64,000 nt of DNA from Chloroflexota bacterium (GTDB lineage: Bacteria > Chloroflexota > UBA11872 > VXOZ01), in NCBI GenBank assembly GCA_963662335.2, contig CAXXVD010000004.1:160001-224000 (forward strand), given 5' to 3'. A program made the translations under genes and the position numbers. This document shows, piece by piece, positions 63,491 through 64,000 of the stretch. Every line of letters starts with the position of its first letter. Position 1 is the stretch's first letter. Below the pieces are notes generated by a model that was not told the DNA's origin, searched no databases, and worked only from the letters and a program-made list of their open reading frames with translations.

Positions 63491-64000
63491 TCAAGCCAGC
63501 AGGAAGAGCGGGTCCTTCTCCAGAATTCGCACGCCGATTTCCAGAAACGGCTTGGCCTCGATGAGGCGCAAGGTGGAGTCGCCGATCGTGCCCACGCGCA
63601 TGATGCCGTGTTCGAGACAGACGGCGTCCATCTTTTCGTACGCGCGGGGATGGTTGGGCAAGTGAGCGCGGGTCGGTACGGTGACGATGCGGCCATCCAG
63701 ATCTATCACCATGGGGTAGAAGACCTCTTTGCTCAAGATCGGCGCGCCGCCGGTCTCCTCGATGGTGTGGATGGTCGTATTGCTATTCTGGCCGACGCCC
63801 AGCAAGAGCACTTTGCCGCCGCCGACGCAATTGCGGTGCCACGGCGTGCCGGGGCCGGTGGGATAGATGGCGGTTTCCGCGCCGGCCAGCAGCCAATCGC
63901 GCCGTGCGCCAATGGCGTGCAGCGTATGGCAGGCGGAAAGCGATGGCCGCGCCTCCGGCCGCTGGCGCAGCGCATTGGTGATGGCGCCCAGTTTCGACGG
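63491..64000 (-). CDS. AAC(3)/YokD family N-acetyltransferase (5' end outside window)
   Basis: Frame open to the edge: PSKLGAITNALR...GPGTPW...GGKVLLLGVG..SNTTIH.IEE. Confidence 0.82.
   Translation of the reverse strand, partial: PSKLGAITNALRQRPEARPSLSACHTLHAIGARRDWLLAGAETAIYPTGPGTPWHRNCVGGGKVLLLGVGQNSNTTIHTIEETGGAPILSKEVFYPMVIDLDGRIVTVPTRAHLPNHPRAYEKMDAVCLEHGIMRVGTIGDSTLRLIEAKPFLEIGVRILEKDPLFLLA

Noticed and set aside
63244-63696. Long N-terminal extension of the sulfatase ORF
   Set aside because: It spans REP repeats and the AAC(3) gene in another frame; the RBS supports a start at 63243.
63491-64000. AAC(3) as an aminoglycoside resistance gene
   Set aside because: The family includes many non-resistance YokD-like enzymes; the gene is partial and has no mobile context.

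Overview
High-GC bacterial chromosomal window, probably Chloroflexota and possibly a marine or sponge-associated lineage. This is inferred from the unlinked rRNA genes, the Tat/lipoprotein solute-binding protein and the catabolic paralogues. The window holds catabolic genes (2-hydroxyacid dehydrogenase, TPP enzyme, three Gfo/Idh/MocA oxidoreductases, lactonase, sulfatase), an M16 protease, a PLP histidine-decarboxylase-like gene with an ACT partner, an orphan Xer-type recombinase and decayed toxin-antitoxin modules. A 23S-5S rRNA unit has its own promoter and no linked 16S; the 23S carries a group I intron at E. coli position 1931 encoding a LAGLIDADG endonuclease. Further along are an imuB-dnaE2-SRAP cassette, a eukaryote-type sterol C-24 methyltransferase homologue, an accessory islet next to tRNA-Ala(GGC), and housekeeping blocks (coaD-yceD-rpmF-fabD-fabG-accC-nusB; PyrR attenuator-pyrR-pyrB-pyrC-carA-carB-pyrK; gyrB-like; GT4-GH57). 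Several REP/MITE-like repeat families are dispersed throughout. All calls come from reading motifs by eye; no database searches were run.
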